Part shown: positions 50,021 through 61,979 of the stretch, one piece after another
Position numbering within the stretch: position 1 is the first letter of the stretch
Layout: each line of letters opens with the position of its first letter
NCBI GenBank assembly: GCA_964016885.1
Contig: OZ024741.1
Coordinates: forward strand, 112,592,001 to 112,656,000
Reading direction: 5' to 3'
DNA length: 64,000 bases
Source of the DNA: Eledone cirrhosa
Lineage: Eukaryota
Program-made: the position numbers and the translations under genes
Notes under the pieces: model-generated
Databases searched by the model: none
Seen by the model: the letters and a program-made list of their open reading frames with translations, nothing else
What the model was told of the DNA's origin: nothing

Positions 50021-51189
50021 GTATAAATAGATATGTGGCTCATTCAAGACGAGTTTGTAATTAGGTGTTCTATTCAGAAAGCTGCAGTTTACTCAAGACT
50101 GATCTATAATATAAGAAAGCAATGGGAAAGAAAAAAAACAGGACAATTTACCTTTTATCATTGTCCCAATTAAGTTGTATATATATTAATATCTTAGTGT
50201 CATACCAACATAATGCAATATTATTATTGTTTCTACGCAGAAGTGTCATTTAAATATTGATATTGTTGGTCTTGTAACTCCTAATAGGGCCGTAGCTGCA
50301 CTGTAGTGGCATATGGCATTTCTTGGGCCTTTTAACCCTGGCAGAGTCTATCTCTCTCCAGGTCTGTATACAGCAGATTTTGTTTAGAGAAGGATAGAAA
50401 AGAAAGCGAGAGAGAGGAAGATAGAAAGAATCGACCCCAGTATTGGTCTGGTACATATTTTATTGACCCCAAAAAGATGAAAGGCAAAGTTGACTTCAGT
50501 AGGATTTGGACTCAGAGAACAGAGAGCCAGAATGAATACTATAAAACATTCTAGTCAACGTTCTAACAACTCCTAAAATTAGCCATTAAAAAGCACCAAA
50601 AACTGCTAACATTACTTCATATGTATATTAATCTATGTTTAATATATCTTTAAAGTCTCTTGAAAATGGCTCTGTAATAAAGATAGTTAACTTTTGGCTC
50701 ACTTATCTGCTGTCCAAATTCTTCATTATTTTCAAAAGGATTTGAAAATAATAAACAGTATCAGTCATTAGAAATATGGTAACAAAATGATTAAATTATT
50801 TATATTTATCTAAAAATCTTCCATCATAATATTATGAATGTATTTTTATGAAGTTATATTCTAAACATCAGCCTAATAATAAAAAAGTTAGTTACATTAC
50901 TAAAACCCTTCAAATTTTGAATGATTGGAAAATTATAGGCAATTCTTTCATTAGAAATATGGTAATAAAAGGGTTAAAGTAAATGCCAGTTATACAATGT
51001 TGTTGTGGCAATTGATCTAAGATTTTCTTTCTATACCCCAGAAAACTGACTGTGTGCCAACATTGAAGATATTATCAGGATCATCATCATCATCACTTTT
51101 AACACCAGCATTATCAATGTTAGCTGAAGCAGAGTTGAGTGACGCTACTCAACTAAAACATCAGAATCATCCTCCATCCTGTTCACCAT

Positions 51190-51480
51190 CACCTACACTA
51201 CCATTGCCACAGCTTCCACCTCTACTGCTACCAAGCACATACATACACGTACACATACACTGCTACTGCCACTACACACACATACATATATGCACATTCT
51301 GTCACTGCCACCACTACCATAACAACCATCAACACTACCACCACAACCATGACCACCACTGTCACCACCACAACTGCCACCGTCACCAACACCACTGCTA
51401 GCACCACTACCACCAACATCACCTCCATCAACACTACCGTCACCACCATAACCACCATCACCACCGTAATCACATCACCT
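51190..51480. repeat. (CAC)n-like low-complexity tract
   Basis: Direct reading. Confidence 0.85.
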
Positions 51481-53349
51481 GAACCATTATTCCCAGAATG
51501 GGCAGATTTTATTTCCTTTTTCTGCGCAGTGTTAATTCTCAACTGAATAACTGCCCCATTCCAGTCCATCGCTCTGCTATGTTCCGACTGAAATCATACC
51601 TGATCTTCCTGATCTTCACTATAAATTCTTCATACATACATGCATAGTCACATACACATATTTACACACACCACACATGTACACACATGTGCATATATGA
51701 ATATATATGTGTGTGTGTGATGTGTGTATGTCCAGCATATAGTAGTATGGCAAAACGGATGTTAAATGCTGATGATGTATATATGTATGTATATATATAT
51801 ATATTTGCATATACATATGTATATGTATATATATATGTATATATATATATATATATTTGCATATACATATGTATATGTATATATGTATGTGTATATATGT
51901 ATATATATATATATATTTTCATATACATATATGTATATATACATATATGTGTATATATATATATATATATATTTTCATATTCATATATGTATATATCTGA
52001 TCACATCACACACACATGTACGAACACTCTACCCACACATGCATGTATTGTTATATTATTATTTATCTATTTTGAGAACGATTCCTGCCCTGTAAAACAG
52101 GATGTAAAAATGGTAAGAATGTCTAATAGTTGAATGATTTTACAGATATACAGCTTCCCCTTATCAATAGGACATAGCCCCTCTGCTGAGGATGACAAAC
52201 TCTAAAGTGTTGTCAGTTACAAAAGTAACATACTTTGCATATAAACATTAAGTCCCACATTAACAAAAGAGTAGACATGAGAAACTAATGCTTTTCCCAT
52301 AACTTTGAAACTGGAATAAACCTCCATCAGTTTCGACGATGAGTGTTCTAGTTATTTAATCAATAGCACAGCCTGCTCATGAAATTAATATATAAGTGGC
52401 TGAGCATTCCACAGACATGTGTACACAACTTCAATGCAATTTTCAGGTAGATTCAGTGAGACAAAATATGTGAGAAGGTTGGTTCTTTGAATTACAGATT
52501 CATCAATCTTGTATTATACTGCAAATAGCTGAGGATTCCATAGGCATATGAACCGTTAATATAATTCTCAGTGAGATTCAATGTTACACATTGTATAACA
52601 AGACTGACCCTTTGAATTACAAGTAGTCTATATAAGGTGACAAATCGGCAGAGTTGTGAAGATGTCGGATAGAAGGATTTATGATGTTTGTTCCACCTCA
52701 TTGCATGCTCTGAGTTCAAATTCTGCCAGGGTCAACTTAACCTTTCATCCTTTTGAGGTCGATGAAAAAAGTACCAATCCAGTACTGGGGTCGATTATTC
52801 CTGTATAGAAAAAAAATCAGCTGTCTTCAGACTGGAGAGGGCTGGGCTCCACCAGGTTTAAAAAGTGCTCTAGACATGCTGTTTGACAGTGCCTCTATGA
52901 CTCCACAAGGAGTTATGGGATCTTTCTTCTTATCCATGCAAGGGGTTTCCAAAAATTTTCTGCCAAACCAATTTGAGACACATGTCCACTTAATGTAATT
53001 CTTTTGAGGGATTCAGAATGACACAGTGTTTACCCAAGTTTGCTCAAAGCTTGGTTTGTTGTGTTTCTGTGTTTCCAAGAAAAGTATTTTATTCTATCAG
53101 TCTTCCACTTCAGTTAACTGGTGGAAATACATAGTAAGATCAATCTACTGACAATGCCATCTGTGATAACCAAGCATCCTATCTCTCATTCATACAATAC
53201 TATGAAACCAAAGTTAACATCTGGTCTTCAAATGAACCCTAAGATATTTTACATATCTTTGGTCAATTGATTTTACTTTATGTACTCACTTATGAATTTT
53301 GACCATAGTCAATAGTAAGAGGACTATCAGGAATTTTATTCAACTTTAA

Positions 53350-53603
53350 CCGTTTTCATATTCCCTGAAACAGTCTGTAGATCTCTGATACAAAACTGTT
53401 TATTTTTAAGTGTTTATATTTATTTTAAAATGCTCTATTATAATGTTGTATAAGAACTTTTGTTATGTTATATTCCAAACAACAGATTAATAATGAGAAA
53501 GTTAGCTACACAATTACTAAATCCATTCAAATACTTGATTAACATCAAAATTATTTGGAAATCATAAGTAGTGTCTTTTATTAGAAATATGGTAATGAAA
53601 GGG
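53350..53603 (+). mobile_element. piggyBac-like MITE with TTAA on both sides
   Basis: TTAA at 53346-53349 and 53604-53607; right end aatatggtaatgaaaggg; the left end of the copy at ~60093 reads cccttttgatacca. Confidence 0.7.
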
Positions 53604-54339
53604 TTAAACTATTGACAGTATTGCATTTCTGGCATTTAATTTATTGGTTCTGGGCAGTGGCACAGGAAAGTCAACTTCAACAAGACTTCAATATTACAAT
53701 ATGAAGCAGAAAACTACATAATGGAATACAGTGAGCCATTTGGTTCTCTATGATAGTAAAACACTAATAAAATAATATTTTTAATTCCAGATAATATATA
53801 ATGTGATAATATTATAATGAAAAATATAGAAGGAAAAGAGAAAACCATTACAAAATATAAAATAAGTCAAACCCAAAATGAAACAAAAATGGAAGTTAGA
53901 AGAAATATTTTATTAATTCGCTTGAAGCGTAACAGAGAAATGGAGTGGAAATATGAAGTGTATTCACAGGAGGATTAACACTGGGCATAAAAAGTGAATT
54001 AAATCTGTCCAGAGATAATAAGATAATAATATAAGCTGATATGGACAGTGGTAGTTACTAATGAAAGTGATGATGGAGATAATAGTATACTTTTTTAATG
54101 ATGTTCATCATCATCACCATTTTACGTTTGTTTCTTTTTCATGCTGGCATTGGATAGACAGGTCATTACAGTTCAAGAGGAGATGGGTTTGAGAACTACA
54201 TCTTCACTTAATTTATCTTTAGTTTGGTTTCTATAGTTGGATCTGCTTCCTAACACCAACCATTTTACTGAGTCTACTGGGAGTATTTTATTGTGGCACC
54301 AACTCTATCTCTTCGCAAATGTAATGTTATTCCAGAGAT

Positions 54340-54880
54340 CAACACTTCTATGCTCGTATCTCATATGAAATTCTGTGTTTTATTTAATTAATGATAAATA
54401 TGTAGGAATTTACTAAAATTATTGTTTCATTAAGATGACTATTTCATGCATATGGGTGCATATGAAAGTGTTCCCTCCTTCCAAAGAGGTTTAGAATTTG
54501 TGAAGAGGTATGGTGTGCTTATATTTAAGGTCTAGTTATCCTATATATGTGTATTCCAAGAAGTAATTATAAATGGTTTTGAGTGTCATCTTAATATGAG
54601 CAAGGTCTTCCAATATGCAAGGATAAATTTGCAGGTTAAAGAAATTTGCTGTTTGACACAGAGCAAATTTCTACAGAAATGACTTTGAAATCGTTGGTTG
54701 ATTGGCATCCTAGTAATATTTCCATTTATATTTTTAATTCATGAGTAGCTGACCTTCACACATTGTCTATGCCTGTAATTACTTGGTGAATATTCATCTA
54801 TGAAAGATCATGTATTCACAAAATACTAAACTGCTTATACAACACAATGTTACCACATAAGACCAATATATACAAACAAA
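54340..54880 (-). pseudogene. Highly degenerate Penelope-like ORF remnant
   Basis: Minus-strand pieces VKVSYS*IKNI (~54740), TYIG (~54545) and LNK..EF...H (~54370) follow the order of the PLE linker and GIY-YIG end. Confidence 0.4.
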
Positions 54881-55398
54881 CACATCCATAAACATGTATT
54901 ACAATTAATAAATCTTCTTTCCACTAGCATAGATATATTAACTTTTATAGGCACTAAAAACAGATGTGTATGCTCTTCCAAAATATTTTATCCAAAAAGT
55001 AATATTCAATCCCTCAAATCAACTGAACTGTACTCCTTTCTTATATTTTCTCAAACCTTCTGTAGAATAAGAGGAGGAAGACTTAATTAACAGCTTCCTT
55101 TTCATGCCAGTTGCTGTTGAAACCTCTTATATACTTGGTCCCAAATTGCAAAACTGGGAGGAGTGCACCCTGTCTGAAGAAGGAGTGACTGATGCAACGT
55201 GTGTTGCTGGCTGTTCTCTACAGGAATGCCTTTGCTATTTTGTCACTGTAGTGTAACTAAGACATACGATCTAGACTAGGTTGTATAACTGACTGCCCAT
55301 TCTCCTCTCCCTTGCTGTTGCTATTTAATGTGTTTTCATTTTTTTATCACAAACATTATATAACACAAAATAATAAATTATTCTCTCTCTTATATATG

Positions 55399-56495
55399 TA
55401 ATAGAAAAAACGAGAAAGTTTTGTTTAAATAAGAAAAATATTTGTGTATTGACCTGTTATGCATGTTTCACAGGACTCCAGTATTGATCTGCTCCTCAGA
55501 CTGGTGATACAACAAAAGATATATTTTTGTTGCGGTATGTGGGCCAAGAGGGTATATAGACATCAGCCCTAATTTTTGTGTGTGGGCGTATGTGTGTATT
55601 TTGGTGTAATTGGTGGGGTGGCAATGTGGGTGTGTATTCACCGAAATTCATGTGCGTATTTATGTCATTGCATAAGCAATTAAGGATTTGTGTGTGTGTG
55701 TGTGCACGTGTGGGCATGTTTTGGAATGTGCATTGGACAGTCAGACTTACTTTGGAGTAAACAGGAAGTAAGGATTTGTGGTGTATCACACTTGCACAAC
55801 CTGATACTAGTCTATCATGTCAGTAAAGACATTTCATGTTTTTGTCAAAGAATTTTTTAAAAAAATGTCTGGATGTATGTATGGGTATATACATGTCTGT
55901 GTACGTCTATACATCTATACCTGCCTGTCTATGGTGTTGAATTTCTACATCCTACAATCATTTCTTTCTATCAATATTATCCACAACCAGACATTCTCTT
56001 TTTTTTTAATTCTTTGACAAAAACATGAAATGTCTTTATCGACACAATAAACTACCACCAGGTCGTCCAAGTGTGACACACCTCACAAACTTCAGCTTCC
56101 TGTTTACACCAAAGCAAGTCTTTGACAGACCAATAAACATTTCAAAATGCACCTACACACGTGCACACACAAATCCTTAATTGCTTGCACGCTCATGAAA
56201 ACATGCACACGAATATCGGTGAATACACACCCACATTGCTGCCCCACCAATTACATCAAGATACACACTTACACTCACACACAAAAAAATAGGGCCAAAA
56301 CCTATATATATATACCTTCTTGGCCACATACCACAATAAAACAGAACACCAGTCTGAGGAGCAGGTCAATACCGGAGTCGGGGCCATAACTCCTATGGGT
56401 CACCTTGAGCCAATCCTCTGTGAAACAAGTGTAACAGGTTGATACACAATAAATATTTTTCATATGTAAATGAAACTTCCTCGTTTTTTCTATTA
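55399..56495. mobile_element. ~1.1 kb foldback element with ~480 bp diverged inverted arms
   Basis: Termini taatagaaaaaacgag / ctcgttttttctatta; arms ~55399-55872 and ~55987-56495 align in reverse complement along their length. Confidence 0.8.
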
Positions 56496-57134
56496 TATAC
56501 ACTACCTGTGCAGAGAGTGCTTGATTTGGTACCAACACCAGTATTTCACCATACTACCTACACTATATATATATATATATATATATGCATATATCTCAGA
56601 ATGACCAGTCAGCTGTGTCAAACACATATCAACATTCCTACTGCTGGTGTCATGATAAAATGTACTCTGTAGAACAAGGAATTGTATGTAAGCAAGATGC
56701 AGACTCTCGACCCATCTGAAGGCTCAGTATCTTTGCTTGGGTATTGGCTCAGCCTCTGACAATCCTTCCAGCCCTTGCTAGAAGGGGAAGCAGATCCTAA
56801 ATAATAATAATGATGATGATGCTGATGGTGATGATGATGATGAAAATGCAAACTAATGTGTCAACATTTTTCCTGGCAAGGAATATTGGCAGAAAATTGC
56901 TGCCATGGTTACTTTCCCAATGAGGACCCAATGAACAGATGCTATGGCTCTTGGACATAGACCAATAAGTGTACTGTTGTAGAAGTTCATTGTTTGGGTA
57001 TAATGAACAATACATCAAGTTAGAAACAAAGTTATCAGTGCTTTTATTTAGACATAAGTAACTTTATGATGGATATTCCCAAGGAAAGAGCTGAAAAAAA
57101 AATTGCTTTAATTCTTTAAGTTCAACCTATTAGT

Positions 57135-57548
57135 CACTCTCATCATCATCATCATTGCTACCAACTTAACTACCATCATTGTTGTCACCAACATCACAAG
57201 CAACATCATCATCACCATCACTACCATCCTCGTCATCATTATAATGATCACCAACATCACTTCCTTTATTGTTATCATCATCACCATCACCATTATTGCC
57301 ACCAACATCACTACCATCCTCATCACCACCACTACTATTCCCATCATCATTATTATAATCATCGACATCATCATCAACAACACCAATACCATTACCTTCA
57401 CCTTCACCATCCCTACAATCATCACCACCTTTATCACCACCACCACCATCATCATCATCATTATAATCATTACCTCCATCATCAACACCACTGCCTTAAT
57501 CATCACCATTTTGATTTTTACCTTCATCACAATCACCATTATCATTGA
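57135..57548. repeat. (CAT)/(CAC) low-complexity tract
   Basis: Direct reading. Confidence 0.9.
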
Positions 57549-57714
57549 CTAATCTATTTGTAGTACAGTTAAAATAAAACTTTCTCAAATGTTGTGCATT
57601 ATTGTTGTCTGAAAGAGCAACAAAAGAATCTCTTCTCTTAGAAACATTCTATTGTTCTGCTGGGTGAACTTAGAACAAATAGAGAAGTAAAGGGAAAATG
57701 ACTGGCATAAATTT

Positions 57715-58290
57715 CGATACATTTAAGTACATATATAGCAATGTATAACATTATTATGTACATACATATATATATAGCTACATATATACATACACGCAGA
57801 CATCTATATATTTAGGTACATATATAGTTATGTATAGCATTAATATATACATACATACACACACACATAGAGACATCTAGATATTTACGTACATATATAG
57901 TAATGTGCAGCATTACTAAGTACATACATAGATACACACATACACACATGCAGACTTCTATATATTTAGGTACATATATAGTTATGTATAGCATTAATAC
58001 ATACATACACACAGGTACACACATCTATATATTTACGCACATATATAGCAATGTATAACATTACTATGTACAAACATATATACATAGATACACACATACA
58101 CACATCTATATATTTACGTACATATATAGTTATGTATAGCATTAATATGTACATACATGCACAAACATACAGACATCTATATATTTACGTACATATATAG
58201 CAATGTATAACATTACTATGTACAAACATATATACATAAATACACACATACACACATGCAGACTTCTATATATTTAGGTACATATATAGT
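57715..58290. repeat. ~60-85 bp minisatellite
   Basis: catctatatattta(c/g)gtacatatatag...atgtata(a/g)catta repeated about 8 times. Confidence 0.85.
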
Positions 58291-58394
58291 GATGTTTAGA
58301 ATTTTTATACACTTATATATATATTTAATGATGTACAGACACACATATAGATATACTAGCATTACTATATATATATATACACACACAGACATAT

Positions 58395-58755
58395 CCAGTC
58401 CGAAACAAATGAGGTCGTGTAGGTGTCACGACAAAAAAAAAACACACAGTCCACGCTGTAATGTGGCCGTGTAGATAACACGGTAAAAACCTCCCAGTCC
58501 ACACTGTAAATGTGGTTGGTGTTGGGAAGGGCACCCAGCCGTAGAAAACCTGCCAGACGTGTAGGTGTCATGACAAAAAAACACACAGTCCATGCTGTAG
58601 ACGTGGTTGGTGTTAGGAAGGGCATCCAACCGTAGAAAACCCGCCAGACAGTCCTATACGAGCAGGACAACCAATCTTGCCTCAAGTGGGAAAACTCCCG
58701 TCCAAACCCATGCAAGCATGGAAGATGGACGTTAAACGATGATGATGATGATGAT
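58395..58755 (+). mobile_element. RTE 3' UTR insertion with internal duplication
   Basis: Matches 18071-18335 in reverse; cgtgtaggtgtca(c/t)gacaaaaaa occurs twice (~58416 and ~58558). Confidence 0.85.
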
Positions 58756-58804
58756 ATGAAAATATGAAAGTCTCAAATGAAGAAAAAAACTGTAAAATCA
58801 GTGG

Positions 58805-58877
58805 ATCACTATAATAAATAATTGAGAAGATTGGGCAAGTAATTGACCTAATTTTCTCAATTGTTAATTATAGTGAT
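58805..58877 (+). other. 73 nt hairpin
   Basis: atcactataat...attgagaagattggg / cctaattttctcaat...attatagtgat. Confidence 0.75.
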
Positions 58878-59139
58878 TGACTAATATTACAGTTATTTTC
58901 TACATTTGGGACTCTCACATTTTAAAATTACAAACACTCCAGCATTTTTATTATTCATATACTTTATAGACATAAATATAGTATATTCTTCCACTAGTTT
59001 CATATTAACCTATATACTTTTTTTTCAAGCCTGTTACTTATTTTATCCCTCTTTTATCATTGAACCACTAGGTTATGAGGTACATGCACATACACACTCA
59101 CACACACACACACATATACATACATCCATGCATACATAC

Positions 59140-59171
<32 letters not shown>

Positions 59172-59496
59172 ACACACACATATATGTAAAATATATACAC
59201 ACACATTTATATATATATGGATTCAAACACAAATAGAGTTGACAATGCATCAAGCCTCTGTCTTTTATACCATGAATATTGTTCAAGGGAAAGGCAGGAT
59301 ACAGCTTGGCATCAGTGTCTTTGCAGGTGAACTCTGAACATAATGTTATCGCTCTGATGCTATCTACCTTTCGTAACTCCTGGAAGAAAGTCCAACATGA
59401 AATATAGCTTCTTGCTCAAGGACATCACCCATTCCTATAATCAAACTCACAACCCCTAAGCCACACCCATCATATATATATATGATGGGCATGGCT

Positions 59497-59533
<37 letters not shown>

Positions 59534-59778
59534 GGCGATGAATTTGTTTTGCAAGGTTTTTTATATGAAATTGTGTTGAAACAAATATTGTTATATTTGG
59601 AGAGGGTCATATTGTTATAATATTGCCAGAAATAATACTAAAACACACTCACTGTTTGGTTTGGATTGGTTTTCGCTTCTTATATTTTATATCCCTATAG
59701 TTAATTTAGCTGGCAATCAATATTTATCATTGATTGGCCAATTGTTGAAAATATAGATATAAATATATATATATATAT

Positions 59779-59830
59779 AGTCTATCAAAGTTCTTTCATC
59801 ATACACCTGTGACATCATCAGTGGTACTAT
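59779..59830 (-). ncRNA. Degenerate hammerhead-like motif
   Basis: Minus strand reads cca CTGATGA t gtca-caggtgta-tgat GAAA gaac tt. Confidence 0.4.
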
Positions 59831-61979
59831 TATGTTTCCTCCTGTTGTATTGTAATATCTATTCTATTTTTTCAAAATTGAATTTATATAGAGAGTAAAA
59901 TAAAGAAAAGATTCATAATAGAAATTAGGACCAGCAATTATGGGGAATATAGAAAAAAAATTATAACCTGGCTTTCCTGAATTACTGAAAACAACAAATA
60001 AATATTTGAAAAGAGGTTATTGTTATGGACTACTTCTGTCATTTCTCAACATCATTGAACAATTATGATATTACATAGGATCTTAATTCATAACCCTTTT
60101 GATACCAACCCATACGAAGCAGTCTTTGGTTCTATGCTACAGAACTATTTAGTTTTAAGTGTTTATGGTTATCTAAAAACCTTCCATCATAAGTTTAAGT
60201 TATTTAAAAAACAACATATAGTACACTTATTAAGCTAAAATGAATTTATGATTAATTATGCGAATCTATCAATCTATCAGACCACAAGAATTAAACAAAA
60301 TCAAAACAGCAAAATGGTACTTAAAAAAAAAAATTAAAAACAAACATTTTATTTCACTTATAGGTATCTAATTAGAAACAGATTGGAACTGAGAAAAAAA
60401 CATTTATGTAACTTATTAAGCTTGTTTAAAATAAGAGACATGTCTTATCTTTACAAAATAGTTCATTATGAAAATTAAACAAAAATGCAATTACTTATTT
60501 GAAAGTTTTCAGAAGAAAAATTTAGAAATTAATAATTTATGAGTGGAGATGTATGTCTATTCTATAACAGTGGGCCTACATGGCCAAATTGTTAAGAAGT
60601 TTGCTTCACAGTTGTAAGATCTTGTCTTCAATCTCATTGTGTGTCATTTTGGATAAGTGTCATTTGTTATATCCCAGTGTCATTCCCAGATTTGTGAGAG
60701 AAATTGGGTAAATAGAAACTGTTCGGAAGCCTCATAAGTCGTTAGACTGTAAGTATTATTGAAAGGTCCACATTGTGTCATGCTGTATCTCCCTAAGAAT
60801 TATGTTAACAGTACATGTCTGTAGTATGCTTAATGAATATTAATTTCATGAGCATCTCTCCCTGTGATTGAATAAGTTGTTGCCAAAATTAATAGTGATC
60901 CATTTTGCAGAACAGTGTCAGATATTACAAAACACCCGATCTGACCCTTTAACAATTCCACCAATCTACTGCCCCTTCGCTGGTACTGTAGTCAACGACT
61001 TCCAAGATGTTGAGAAGCAAAGTAATCTCCAGAAGGATTTGAGTTCACAAATGCCAAAGCATTTTGGGATTGATGAATAAAGTACAAGTTTAGTGGCAGC
61101 GGATTGGTGGAATTGTTAATGACTTGGATGGGATTCATTGTAGTATCTGATGTAACTGTGGAGTATAAACCTCCATCAATTTCCATGATCAATGAAACAG
61201 ACTGCTCATAAAATTAATATGTAAGTGATAGAGGCAAGCTGGCAGGAATTTCAGGAGAATATTTGCAGGTGGGAGATGGGACCTGAGTATTAGACCACCT
61301 CTCTGATTCTTTGGGTTAGGGGTGGAGGAAGATAAGTGAGTTAGCCATCATCTTTGTGTTGCTTCATTCCACTTACATGAAAAGGAGAGTTCAACATATA
61401 TAATAAAGAATATTGTCCCTAAAATGATAAAATTAAAAAGAAATTCTTAATGCAAAATGATCCCCATACCCCAATTTGGGGAAATTATATTTTAGAAGTC
61501 TGTTTAAGCTGTAGTTAAGTGAATACATTCTAGACATATATTTCTATTCTGTCACATGGCTGGATAATCTGGTATAGACAAGCCTATCAAGAGTAATTTA
61601 TTATATCTGAAGTCATAAATAATAGATATCTATAAAGTACATTTTTCTTATGTTTAGAGCAAATATTTACTTCATTAGCAGTTATGTATGGCTATAATAG
61701 TATTCCTTTTGTACTTTTATTAGTGCTAATTTCTGGGGCTTTAGTAATCTATGGATGTGCAAGAGATGTGGAATTATAAGTATGATAATAGAGAAAGTAG
61801 ACTATGTGGCACTTCTAGAGGCACTAAAATTACATGTGAAATGGATTTACAAATTTAACTAGGAAATAAGTATTTGAAAGCCTGGCAATGTGTGTGAGAT
61901 TATAGTGCCAAGGTATTAGAGAAAATAGGATAAAAGAACTGAGAAAAGAGTGAGAATGGAAGAATCTTAGCAACTTAAA

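Noticed and set aside
52940-53330. Possible DNA-transposase C-terminal fossil on the minus strand
   Set aside because: Only a vague peptide resemblance with many stops; it cannot be supported without a search.
57715-58290. CRISPR-like repeat-spacer array
   Set aside because: The intervening parts are low-complexity CA/TA variants, not unique spacers; the context is eukaryotic with no cas genes.
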